From a virus (taxonomy: Duplodnaviria; Caudoviricetes), in the IMG/VR virus record IMGVR_UViG_3300033407_000101, positions 1 to 25,449 of that record: a stretch of 25,449 bases of DNA; one strand, given 5' to 3'. Shown here piece after piece: positions 16,731 to 24,700 of this stretch. Positions within the stretch are counted from its first letter, which is position 1. Every line of letters begins with the position of its first letter. Position numbers and translations under genes: made by a program. The notes under the pieces were generated by a model, which did no database searches, had not been told where the DNA came from, and was given only the letters and a program-made list of their open reading frames with translations.

Positions 16731-16995
16731 GGGCTTTATACGTCGTTAGATAACCGTCCCCTTCTATGGGATAATCGATTACATAATTCATTGTTGCGGT
16801 GGTGATCACATCATTCTCCCTGCCGACGTGCTGAGAGTCTATCAATGTCAGCTCGATGGCGTTTGTTATCTCGGCGCCGTCCCTGATCCTTGGTACCATT
16901 GTGTCAACCACCATGGTGATTAACTGCCCACTCACCCAAGCGGTCACCCCGCCGAGTGCGTTGAGCATCTTCGTTTCTGTACCACCACTGAACAT
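16717..16995 (-). CDS. Putative head-tail joining (head closure, gpFII-like) protein
   Basis: 92 aa, beta-rich, ending DVI....YVI..PIEGDGY. Position after the capsid genes fits. Confidence 0.55.
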   Translation of the reverse strand: MFSGGTETKMLNALGGVTAWVSGQLITMVVDTMVPRIRDGAEITNAIELTLIDSQHVGRENDVITTATMNYVIDYPIEGDGYLTTYKAHAQT

Positions 16996-17360
16996 TAAGC
17001 GACCGTGCCTACAGGTACATTAATCGCGACTTTGACGGTCGTTGCCGATGTACCGGCATCCTCCCACGCAACGCAATTGTCAGTCACGTCACCCGTGGCT
17101 GGGGCGGCCAGAGAGTCATCGAATTTGCCTACCGACACGTCCCACATCACCATTTGACCAGCTGTGATATTAGCTGCGGTCACCTTCGGTAACTCCCACA
17201 CACCCGAGGTAGCTAAATCGCCCGTCGCATTTGTGGCGATATCAACCAGTGCGACACAGACCAGATTCTCAACGATAACCACATCGTTCGCCGCAATTGC
17301 TGACCCAGCGTTAGTATACTTAATGCGGCTAACGTCCGCCTGAATTAGATTAGTAGCCAT
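16995..17360 (-). CDS. DUF2190-type capsid-associated (cement/decoration) protein
   Basis: VCVALVDIA...G.L...GVWELPK...G..VMWD motif, directly downstream of the capsid gene. Confidence 0.85.
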   Translation of the reverse strand: MATNLIQADVSRIKYTNAGSAIAANDVVIVENLVCVALVDIATNATGDLATSGVWELPKVTAANITAGQMVMWDVSVGKFDDSLAAPATGDVTDNCVAWEDAGTSATTVKVAINVPVGTVA

Positions 17361-17366
17361 TATGAA

Positions 17367-19397
17367 TTACGCTCCATCATTCTTGTATGCCATGTAATCA
17401 ATGGCACCAACGCCATAGTCATACCGGACCTTTGTCTTAAAGCCATCGACATCGAACTCCTGGGCCGTCTCCAGATATGGTTCCATGTTACCATCGAGGA
17501 ATGTCACCTCAAAGGCGGGGGCCTCATTCACCCTTGGTAACAGATACCATGCGGTGGCGGAACCACTGATGCTGGTTTTACTTAAGTAGGGCGAGTCCAC
17601 CACCTCGTAAGCATTCTCAAGGACGTTCTTCTTCCTTGAGTTAGATCCGGTCCAGTCTGTGACAGATTGTAGAATCTCCCTCGCCAGTAACTTCAGCTCA
17701 GATGGTACTACAAGTAATCCGCCCTCAAGTGCGATGTAGTTACCGCTAAGGTCGGTCAACTTATCGAATATCGCATCAGCGACCTTGAGGGACGTTAGCG
17801 ATAGAGCTGTACCGGACGAAGTGGTATAGTTACCACGGGCAGTTGCCCATAGAGCCACACCGTCGCCCATCGTTGGGTTAGAGTTGAATAGCGTGAAGAA
17901 ATCAATTTCAATCTGTCTGGCCGCCGCTCTACCCATACCAGAGGCAAGGTTAACAAGTCCATTCAGATCATCGTTAATGATCATCTGGCGACTATAGCCG
18001 ATTGCCAAACCCTTGGTGCCGACCTGCACCGTTTCAGCCCTCTCAGCAGGCATTACACCGTAAGTGTAGGCCCCACCGTCACCAAGGCTCTTCAGCTCAT
18101 TGAAGGTTCCTAGCTGAATCCTTGTGTTCGGCTTGTAGTCAGATGCGCTCCCGACCTTCGCAAGGGACCGCCATCTCTTAGGCGCTTCCGCATAACCTGC
18201 CATTAACGCCTTGTTGGCAAGGTTACTCAATAGGTTAGGGTAATCTGAGCTGGTGTGGGTAATTGCGGAACCAACAATCTGCATCCGACTCAATCCATGA
18301 GTAGACTGACCATGATATTCCATGGATGCCCTCGCCATGTCAAACAGCGAATAGCTCAAAAACGGGTTACCCTGCAACTTAGGCTTATCAGAATCACTTA
18401 ATTCCAGACCAGCCCTTTTGCACAGGGCAACATCCATGGCCACCCTGGAATTAACCGCACCGTAATTATCAACGGTAACAGATGTGCCCAATTGCGCTCT
18501 CTGAGGAGAACCTTCCCCAATCTTAGCAAGTAACTTACTCTGCGCCATGGCTACAGAGCAATTATGATCTGCTATACAGTCAATCAACAGGTCGTTATGC
18601 TCACTAAACGGTTTGAATGCAGCGCGAATGTCCGCCACACGCGCGTTGTTCATTGCCATTACGTCAGGTGTCACGGACTGACCCTTAATTTCAGGTGTCA
18701 CGGACTGACCCTTAATTTCAGGTGTCACGGACTCACCCTCAATTTCAAGTGTCACGGACTCACCCTTAATTTCAGGTGTGGTTGTTCGTTGCATATATAC
18801 CTTCTCCTCAATTAGAGAGCGGAACTCATTCCTCATACCCTCAAGTATACCAGAAATATCCGCATTACCATTAATCATATCGTCAGCAAAACCGTTGTCA
18901 ATGATTTCCTGACCCACATAAAAAGTTTCTTCGTCCATTATTCGCTTGATTTCCGAGCTATCCAGCCCACTTCCATCAGCATACCCATTCAGCACAGCTG
19001 CCGCATAGGTATCTAACAGATCAGCGTATCTCCTCAATTCCTCTGCATCTGCGGTGAGGCCAATAGCGAAGGGGTTATGGATCATAAGAAGACTGTTGCT
19101 ATAAACGAGACGATGGTCACACGCCTGCAATATGTAGCTTGCCATACTGAACGCAGCGCCGTTAACGATCCCCGTGACCCTGCCCGGATGTGCGCGAATT
19201 GTGTTAAATATAGAGATGCCCGCCGTTACCGAGCCTCCCTCAGAATTAATTATTAGCTCGAAGTCACCCAGACCGGATATATCACGCACAAAATTCGTAT
19301 CGTCAACATCCCAGCCGATCACACCAAATAACAAAACCTGATCGGGAGAGCCCTGCCCCTTAACTATCTGATAAGGTTGCTTAACTTTCTTCTTCAT
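17367..19397 (-). CDS. ClpP-type prohead protease fused to the major capsid protein
   Basis: N-terminal INSEGGSV, AAFSMASYI (catalytic Ser) and LMIHNP (His). C-terminal capsid part HTSSDYPNLL...SRQMIINDDL...LVVP...WYL...FLDG..P...KVRYDYG. Start placed at ATG 19397 (MKKKVK); the track start is 19436. Confidence 0.93.
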   Translation of the reverse strand: MKKKVKQPYQIVKGQGSPDQVLLFGVIGWDVDDTNFVRDISGLGDFELIINSEGGSVTAGISIFNTIRAHPGRVTGIVNGAAFSMASYILQACDHRLVYSNSLLMIHNPFAIGLTADAEELRRYADLLDTYAAAVLNGYADGSGLDSSEIKRIMDEETFYVGQEIIDNGFADDMINGNADISGILEGMRNEFRSLIEEKVYMQRTTTPEIKGESVTLEIEGESVTPEIKGQSVTPEIKGQSVTPDVMAMNNARVADIRAAFKPFSEHNDLLIDCIADHNCSVAMAQSKLLAKIGEGSPQRAQLGTSVTVDNYGAVNSRVAMDVALCKRAGLELSDSDKPKLQGNPFLSYSLFDMARASMEYHGQSTHGLSRMQIVGSAITHTSSDYPNLLSNLANKALMAGYAEAPKRWRSLAKVGSASDYKPNTRIQLGTFNELKSLGDGGAYTYGVMPAERAETVQVGTKGLAIGYSRQMIINDDLNGLVNLASGMGRAAARQIEIDFFTLFNSNPTMGDGVALWATARGNYTTSSGTALSLTSLKVADAIFDKLTDLSGNYIALEGGLLVVPSELKLLAREILQSVTDWTGSNSRKKNVLENAYEVVDSPYLSKTSISGSATAWYLLPRVNEAPAFEVTFLDGNMEPYLETAQEFDVDGFKTKVRYDYGVGAIDYMAYKNDGA
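18664..18779. repeat. 27-bp tandem repeat, about 4.3 copies (TPEIKG[E/Q]SV), in the protease-capsid linker
   Basis: Unit tcaggtgtcacggactgacccttaatt at 18664, 18691, 18718, 18745 and 18772 (partial), with few substitutions. Confidence 0.96.
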
Positions 19398-20754
19398 TTC
19401 GTTTTCCCCATTCGTCAATCTCCCGTTTAACTTCACGAGGGTTGCGCCCCCGCTTACGGATAATTTCCTGTGGACTCGCTAACCCGGCATCCTTCAACGC
19501 CACCAACGCCGCCGATTCTTTCCCCGGATCAATCCAGGGTGGAGTTGGCTGATGGCAAACCATGTCGAATACACTATCTTCCCTGATCCCAGGTGGAACC
19601 TTAACTTTACCACTTAATATAATTGCCTCTGTGACCCGACGTTTAATAGGGAGTACCGTTGACCAACCGAAATGGGTGGCCATGACACCATACACAGCGT
19701 ATTGCTCTATTAACTCCTGCCGTTGACCTGAATAAGTGCCGTCGTAAGTCTTCGCTATGGATGACTGGCTGGTTTTACTCCCAGCGGCGGCACCCTTCAA
19801 TTGGGAGTTCCGGTATGCCTCAAGGTTAATGTTAGGCCGGTTTGAATCCATCATCACCGGCTCCTCACCTGGGGTCAGATTGTCCCATAATATACCCGGA
19901 GAGACTTCGAAGGTTCTGTTTGGGTCCGACTCAAAAGAGTGACCCAGCATGGTCGGATCACGCCTTAGGTACATCACCATGTTTGACGCAACTTTAGCCG
20001 CAATCCGTTCCGAGTCCTCGTAGTCCATGAGGTCATTGAATCGCCGGAACGTTGATGCAAATACACTAATGCCACGTGGTTGCCTCAACCTGTCGGTGAG
20101 TTTGGCGTGACGGATGAACTTAGCGGACACCTGCCTTGGCTCATTCATTTGATAATGACCGTTCTCTGGATGATCACGCAGGTAGTAGGTCACCGGCTGC
20201 CACCACTCGTTGAACTTGATCCCCTGATATAACATGTTATCAGGGTCATTGTAGTCAGAGGCAAGATAGTCCGTCTCAAGCGCCTCTATTGAATAAGGTA
20301 TCCCGTACCGGTGCTTAAACCGGGGTGTGTAAATGTCCTTGATCAGGTATTCACCATCCCTGTACAAGGTCCTCGCTAATATACGCTGGAGCCCAGCCCA
20401 GCTATATTCTCCACTTACCTCAGGTGACTCTTCCCATTTCTTATGCCAGTACTCCAGCTCCTCTGCAAATTCTGCATGAATGCTCCCATCATCCCGCAAT
20501 GGCTGGTGATCGACCATCAGACCATTAGCACCCAGCATCTGAGCCTCAATCACATCCAGAACACCTTTAGCGAGGTCATGATTCTGGTCAAGATACCTTG
20601 CGATACCTTTAGCATTGAGGTGGGACGGCCAGATTAACTGGCTGGCTGGCCTGTTATCAGCCCGGCGACGCTCCCTCGTGGTCATTGTGTTCACATTGTA
20701 ATCGCCCACAATCCTAGTGGCTATAGCTTTAATCACTGCACGTAATTTGGACAA
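19381..20754 (-). CDS. Portal protein, lambda family
   Basis: ARYLDQNHDLAKG, RDGE, QPRGIS, AAKVAS, LTPGE, YSGQRQELIEQ and PWIDPGKE motifs. Confidence 0.95.
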   Translation of the reverse strand: MSKLRAVIKAIATRIVGDYNVNTMTTRERRRADNRPASQLIWPSHLNAKGIARYLDQNHDLAKGVLDVIEAQMLGANGLMVDHQPLRDDGSIHAEFAEELEYWHKKWEESPEVSGEYSWAGLQRILARTLYRDGEYLIKDIYTPRFKHRYGIPYSIEALETDYLASDYNDPDNMLYQGIKFNEWWQPVTYYLRDHPENGHYQMNEPRQVSAKFIRHAKLTDRLRQPRGISVFASTFRRFNDLMDYEDSERIAAKVASNMVMYLRRDPTMLGHSFESDPNRTFEVSPGILWDNLTPGEEPVMMDSNRPNINLEAYRNSQLKGAAAGSKTSQSSIAKTYDGTYSGQRQELIEQYAVYGVMATHFGWSTVLPIKRRVTEAIILSGKVKVPPGIREDSVFDMVCHQPTPPWIDPGKESAALVALKDAGLASPQEIIRKRGRNPREVKREIDEWGKRNEEES

Positions 20755-20950
20755 ACTTTTTAACCCCCCCTGAAGACTGGGACGTTATTAACATCCGTTC
20801 CCATTCGGCCCGACCTCTTTTGATTTCCGGTAAATCCTCTGATGTGAACATACGGCCCTTCCATGCCCATGATTTACCAGACAGGACCGCTAACTCAGCC
20901 GCTACGTAAGCGTCGATCATTTCCTGAATTTTAGCAACATCGTAACTCAT
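20729..20950 (-). CDS. gpW-like head completion / adaptor protein
   Basis: 73 aa between terL and portal, with YVAAELAVLSGKSW...GR.FT..DL.EI..GR.EWER. Confidence 0.8.
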   Translation of the reverse strand: MSYDVAKIQEMIDAYVAAELAVLSGKSWAWKGRMFTSEDLPEIKRGRAEWERMLITSQSSGGVKKFVQITCSD

Positions 20951-22875
20951 ACCAGCTTACTCTCAGTCTTGACGATCTGGACCCCACCGGAAGGGGCCTT
21001 CTTAACTTTGGGCTTATTAGCAGGATCATACCCAAATACCAATTGACGCAACCTGATGGCAACCAGATTGTACACCTTCAGGTCAAACGGTTCGTTAGCT
21101 CTCCCCTGTGCATCCCATGCGATGACCCACCGGCCTTTAACTAACTTTCGGTAAGCACGTTCCGAAAGGACTCCTTCAAAATAAACCAAGTCGTACTCAT
21201 CGCTAACTGGATGGTGGATTACGCCGGGACCGTCACCAACCATCGGTAGCCTTGCTGACACAACTTCCTTAGCGGTATCCGTACCGACACCAACCAAATA
21301 GCAACCGTGACGGAGTGGTTTAGGGTTGAAGTTAACTATCGGCTTGCCCGGAGTTGATAAACCATTCAACGGGAAGTACCGTAATGGTCTCCGGGCGCAA
21401 AATTTATACACCTCATCAGTATAGTGACCTTTGGAGTCGATCACAACTATACTCACATCCATACCATTGCCGTCCGGGTTAAGTATCGGCGTGGTGACAA
21501 CTCTCTCAAGATCGTTCCATAAGTCAATCTTACCCGGATCCCCCATCAATTTACCATACCGCAGCGAATAGCTCTCCTCATCATCCACCCACAACGTTAT
21601 CTCATATTCAAGCCTGTTGTCCTGAGTGTCCACTGCCATTGTGATCACACCTGCGCTTCGGGGGCATTTGGCAGGGTAGTTCTCCCGTCGCCGAAGCATG
21701 ATGTCGGCGTTAGTCTCCTCAGTTGTAAAATCACTCCATGGTTCACCAAGAACCGTATTAACGAACGACTTAAGTTTGGCCCGGTCGCCCTTAATCCCAA
21801 CCCATTTGGTCCTGATGTTCTCCCATGTTACATACGGGGAGTACCCAACCCATATGTGTAGCCCAATCTCTGACGGTGGGTCAATCTCCAACCCGTCACC
21901 GTCCAGAAACTGTATACCATCCTTACTGCTAACACCTGTCCGCTCGCATTTCCATACGCATTCTGCCTGCCTGTTATTCCAGTCTTCCTGTGAGCTGAGT
22001 TCGCAACAATACCGGCACCGATAACCTATACGATGGGTTTTGAAGAACTCAGCATCACTTGGGAACTTATCATTACCCGACCATTTGAGGCCCTGAATCA
22101 AGTCTGTGCCGAATTCTAAATCCTGAAACTCATCACACTTAGGGCAGGGTACGTTACACTTAAATAACGTATCGCAGGTGCTCGACAGGTTAGATATAAT
22201 GCAGCCGGGCAGTGATCGGGGCGTAGCCCCACGTACAGACTTCGGGAAGCATGAAGCAAACGTCCGCATGTCACCAAGTGACGGGGGGCTGCCCTCGCCG
22301 TCGATATCTTCCGGGAATGCGGACAACTCTTCATAGAACACAGCGTCAACCGTCTTCTCACGGTAATTCTTGGCAGTGTTTCCGCCAAGAGAATGAACCA
22401 TCTTGCCGTTAGAGAATCGTTTCATATCGAGAGTTGAATCACGGTGACGCTTGTTGAGCCACGGGGATATAGGGTGCATCACCCGGCAGTCCCTGACCAT
22501 ACTCTCGATGTAATTTTTCATAAACGTGTCTGCGTCACTGTCCTTCTGGCTATATATAATTTGGTTCCGTTTCTTGTGTTCAGCAAGGTACCCAACAGCA
22601 CCCCTGACAATTTGAGAGTAACCGACACGCGCCGACTTCATCACATTGATCACAGGTATGTCATCATTCGAAATTATATTAGCGATAAATACCTGGTAAG
22701 GGCATGTGACCCATGGCGCATAATCGTTAGAGCACTCTGAGGATAGCTTGAAATGCATGTCCATCCATTCCGAGAGCACTAGCGGCTCTGGTCTGCGGAA
22801 CACCCCAAGTGACCTGGCTATTGTGCTTAGGACCTTGCGCGACTGATGGTCCGTAAGCTTGCTTAATAAACTCAC
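20947..22875 (-). CDS. terL: Terminase large subunit, lambda gpA family
   Basis: Walker A KSARVGYS, NYREKTVD, EGSP..LG, CPKC/CRYC, FVNTVLGEPW, nuclease motifs AVDTQDNRLE, IDSKGH and NEPFD. Confidence 0.97.
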   Translation of the reverse strand: MSLLSKLTDHQSRKVLSTIARSLGVFRRPEPLVLSEWMDMHFKLSSECSNDYAPWVTCPYQVFIANIISNDDIPVINVMKSARVGYSQIVRGAVGYLAEHKKRNQIIYSQKDSDADTFMKNYIESMVRDCRVMHPISPWLNKRHRDSTLDMKRFSNGKMVHSLGGNTAKNYREKTVDAVFYEELSAFPEDIDGEGSPPSLGDMRTFASCFPKSVRGATPRSLPGCIISNLSSTCDTLFKCNVPCPKCDEFQDLEFGTDLIQGLKWSGNDKFPSDAEFFKTHRIGYRCRYCCELSSQEDWNNRQAECVWKCERTGVSSKDGIQFLDGDGLEIDPPSEIGLHIWVGYSPYVTWENIRTKWVGIKGDRAKLKSFVNTVLGEPWSDFTTEETNADIMLRRRENYPAKCPRSAGVITMAVDTQDNRLEYEITLWVDDEESYSLRYGKLMGDPGKIDLWNDLERVVTTPILNPDGNGMDVSIVVIDSKGHYTDEVYKFCARRPLRYFPLNGLSTPGKPIVNFNPKPLRHGCYLVGVGTDTAKEVVSARLPMVGDGPGVIHHPVSDEYDLVYFEGVLSERAYRKLVKGRWVIAWDAQGRANEPFDLKVYNLVAIRLRQLVFGYDPANKPKVKKAPSGGVQIVKTESKLV

Positions 22876-22877
22876 CG

Positions 22878-23129
22878 TTAATCGTAACTTAACGCAGACT
22901 TTTCGATGCGTCTGACCTCAGCCTCGTACAGTAACCGATTCCTCCTGGACAACTCACCCAGCTTTATATTGCCACCCCGTCTTGACATGTACGACCGATT
23001 CTTAACGCATCGCACACAATGTCCGTTGTTGGTGTAACGGGCATCCACATGCCCATAGACGCATGGGTTACCTGTGAAATAAAAGTGCAGACCCGCCTCT
23101 ATCGCATCCGCTTTACTAATCTTTTTCAT
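22878..23129 (-). CDS. Small Cys/His Zn-binding protein resembling the N-terminal module of phage HNH endonucleases, without a nuclease domain
   Basis: A...GL.FYFTG.PC.YGH...RY...G.CV.C followed by a basic tail. ATGA overlap with terS and a 2-nt gap to terL. Confidence 0.7.
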   Translation of the reverse strand: MKKISKADAIEAGLHFYFTGNPCVYGHVDARYTNNGHCVRCVKNRSYMSRRGGNIKLGELSRRNRLLYEAEVRRIEKSALSYD

Positions 23130-23620
23130 AATTCACCCTCACAATAATTATCAACAAACGATTTAACATGCTTATCAACCTCAGCCAGAAGGTTCATCGC
23201 CTTAACCACCTCCAGCTTGATTTGATCTACTGCTGAAGCCGGTAGCGAAGGGTGACGTTGCTTGACCCGAATGTGGATTGGTTCAAGCATCGGCGCCATC
23301 TGGCTTGCTACCTCAGTTAATATCTCACCAAGCAGCGTCACCGGCACCACCTCAGCCCTGTCTTTACTAAGCTTAAGTTCCATCTGCTCAGCCTTGAGCT
23401 CCTGCACCTTAACGTCAACCTCAAGCTTCCTCACAGCAAGTTCTGATGATTCACTAAGGGCCTTGACTGCCCCAAGGATTTCCTTGACTGCGTAATAATT
23501 CCGGCCCATGTACTTGAATGTAACGGGGACGTTCCACGTTTCGAACGTCCGCTTACTAACCCCGCATGACCTTATCGCGTCATCTGTAGCAAGTAAATGC
23601 AAGGGTATGGGGCTGGTCAC
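23126..23620 (-). CDS. terS: Terminase small subunit, lambda Nu1-like
   Basis: N-terminal HTH-like GVSKRTFETW...GRNYY, a coiled coil QELKAEQMELKL...EVVPV, and a C-terminal I..RVKQRHP.L...I..EV.KAMN segment as in Nu1. Position fits. Confidence 0.85.
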   Translation of the reverse strand: MTSPIPLHLLATDDAIRSCGVSKRTFETWNVPVTFKYMGRNYYAVKEILGAVKALSESSELAVRKLEVDVKVQELKAEQMELKLSKDRAEVVPVTLLGEILTEVASQMAPMLEPIHIRVKQRHPSLPASAVDQIKLEVVKAMNLLAEVDKHVKSFVDNYCEGEL

Positions 23621-23961
23621 AGGAAGTCAACCACAGGTAAGTAAAACGATCTGTCAAGAGAACCACCGTTACTGGTTCCGCGACGATTAGTGACCTTGTA
23701 CACCGTTGGATCATCCTTAGTGCCAGCCGTACCGAGACTCAGACTGATTGCGGTGACGGAATCTGAATAGGACGATGAGTCCATCCTGAGACCATCCACA
23801 ACATCACTGTCAGACGCAGATGTGTCGTTAATCAACCATGCACTGGAGGTTATCGTGACACCTTCAGGCAGATTCCATGTGAAACCATAACTCAAAGCAT
23901 CTTCCGGGTCCTTGAAACTGACCGTTGGTATAGTCTTGCCATCATGGTAAACGATCATCAT
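23617..23961 (-). CDS. Putative fibre-adaptor-type virion protein (Ig-like beta-sandwich)
   Basis: KDPED.LSYGFTW...TITSSAW...GT.G...YKVTN...TS.G..LDRSF.L.V pattern, which I recognise from a widespread small phage family annotated as fibre-tail adaptor (not verified). Confidence 0.65.
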   Translation of the reverse strand: MMIVYHDGKTIPTVSFKDPEDALSYGFTWNLPEGVTITSSAWLINDTSASDSDVVDGLRMDSSSYSDSVTAISLSLGTAGTKDDPTVYKVTNRRGTSNGGSLDRSFYLPVVDFL

Positions 23962-24212
23962 AACTTCAACTCATGCCGTGTAATCACAATGTCCGCTCCA
24001 TGCACATACACCTTAACGCCATCTAATTCCGCGATGAGCACAGTGTCCGTAGTGGTTGATCCACCAGACAGGTCGAGTTTAACAGCCCGCCTCTGGAATA
24101 GTCTCCCCCGCTCTTCAATGACCCGGACCGTGCCAAGGAAACCTGTAGCGACACGGTTAGACTGGTCTATATCGAAATTAAGCGGATGCGTACTGAAATC
24201 AGCTTTCGTCAT
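23958..24212 (-). CDS. Hypothetical phage protein (beta-rich)
   Basis: ORF fills the gap and overlaps both neighbours. ATG 24212 is preferred over TTG 24218. Confidence 0.65.
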   Translation of the reverse strand: MTKADFSTHPLNFDIDQSNRVATGFLGTVRVIEERGRLFQRRAVKLDLSGGSTTTDTVLIAELDGVKVYVHGADIVITRHELKL

Positions 24213-24699
24213 AGGCAAAGGTCAATGTCTCCGATCCGGTATTACCCTGTGTCGCAGTGCTGGACACGCCAAGTGTGGTCACAAGGTAGTCAGCTATATC
24301 ACCCGTCCCTGTGAACGGGCCAGTGTTGGTTACCTCCAGGTCAATCGGGCTACCTGACGTTGCGGAAAACAAATCTGTCAAACCATCGTTATCGGCAGGT
24401 TCCGCAGGCGTTGCGTAGCTCCCCACAACCCTGTAGTAAGCCGCTACACCGGTGCCCATACCGTTGGCCCCATCCGTGTACGCCTCAACGTTCGTGATGT
24501 TGTTGTCCGGGGCAACGGTCACACTCAGACGCAGCCATTTCTCATAGCTCATCTGCTCACCCGCACCGGGGATATCAATGGGGTTGCTGGCGTCGGTGGC
24601 CGCGCTGTCATTCGACCGGTACCTGATCGTACCGGATGTCTTGTCAGTGTCGGTTTCCCCAGCACCATTTTTTTCGTGGATTAATACTGTAGCGACCAT
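24199..24699 (-). CDS. Hypothetical, probably structural, Thr/Gly/Asp-rich beta protein
   Basis: 166 aa, starts 1 nt after the upstream stop. Composition and motifs (SYEKWLRL, ITN...YTDG, ETLTFAYDE) suit a virion beta-sandwich protein. Confidence 0.7.
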   Translation of the reverse strand: MVATVLIHEKNGAGETDTDKTSGTIRYRSNDSAATDASNPIDIPGAGEQMSYEKWLRLSVTVAPDNNITNVEAYTDGANGMGTGVAAYYRVVGSYATPAEPADNDGLTDLFSATSGSPIDLEVTNTGPFTGTGDIADYLVTTLGVSSTATQGNTGSETLTFAYDES

Positions 24700-24700
24700 A

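Noticed and set aside
16995-17360. RecA/RadA recombinase label sometimes attached to this family
   Set aside because: Only 121 aa with no Walker motifs. Position and pattern fit a DUF2190 capsid-associated protein.
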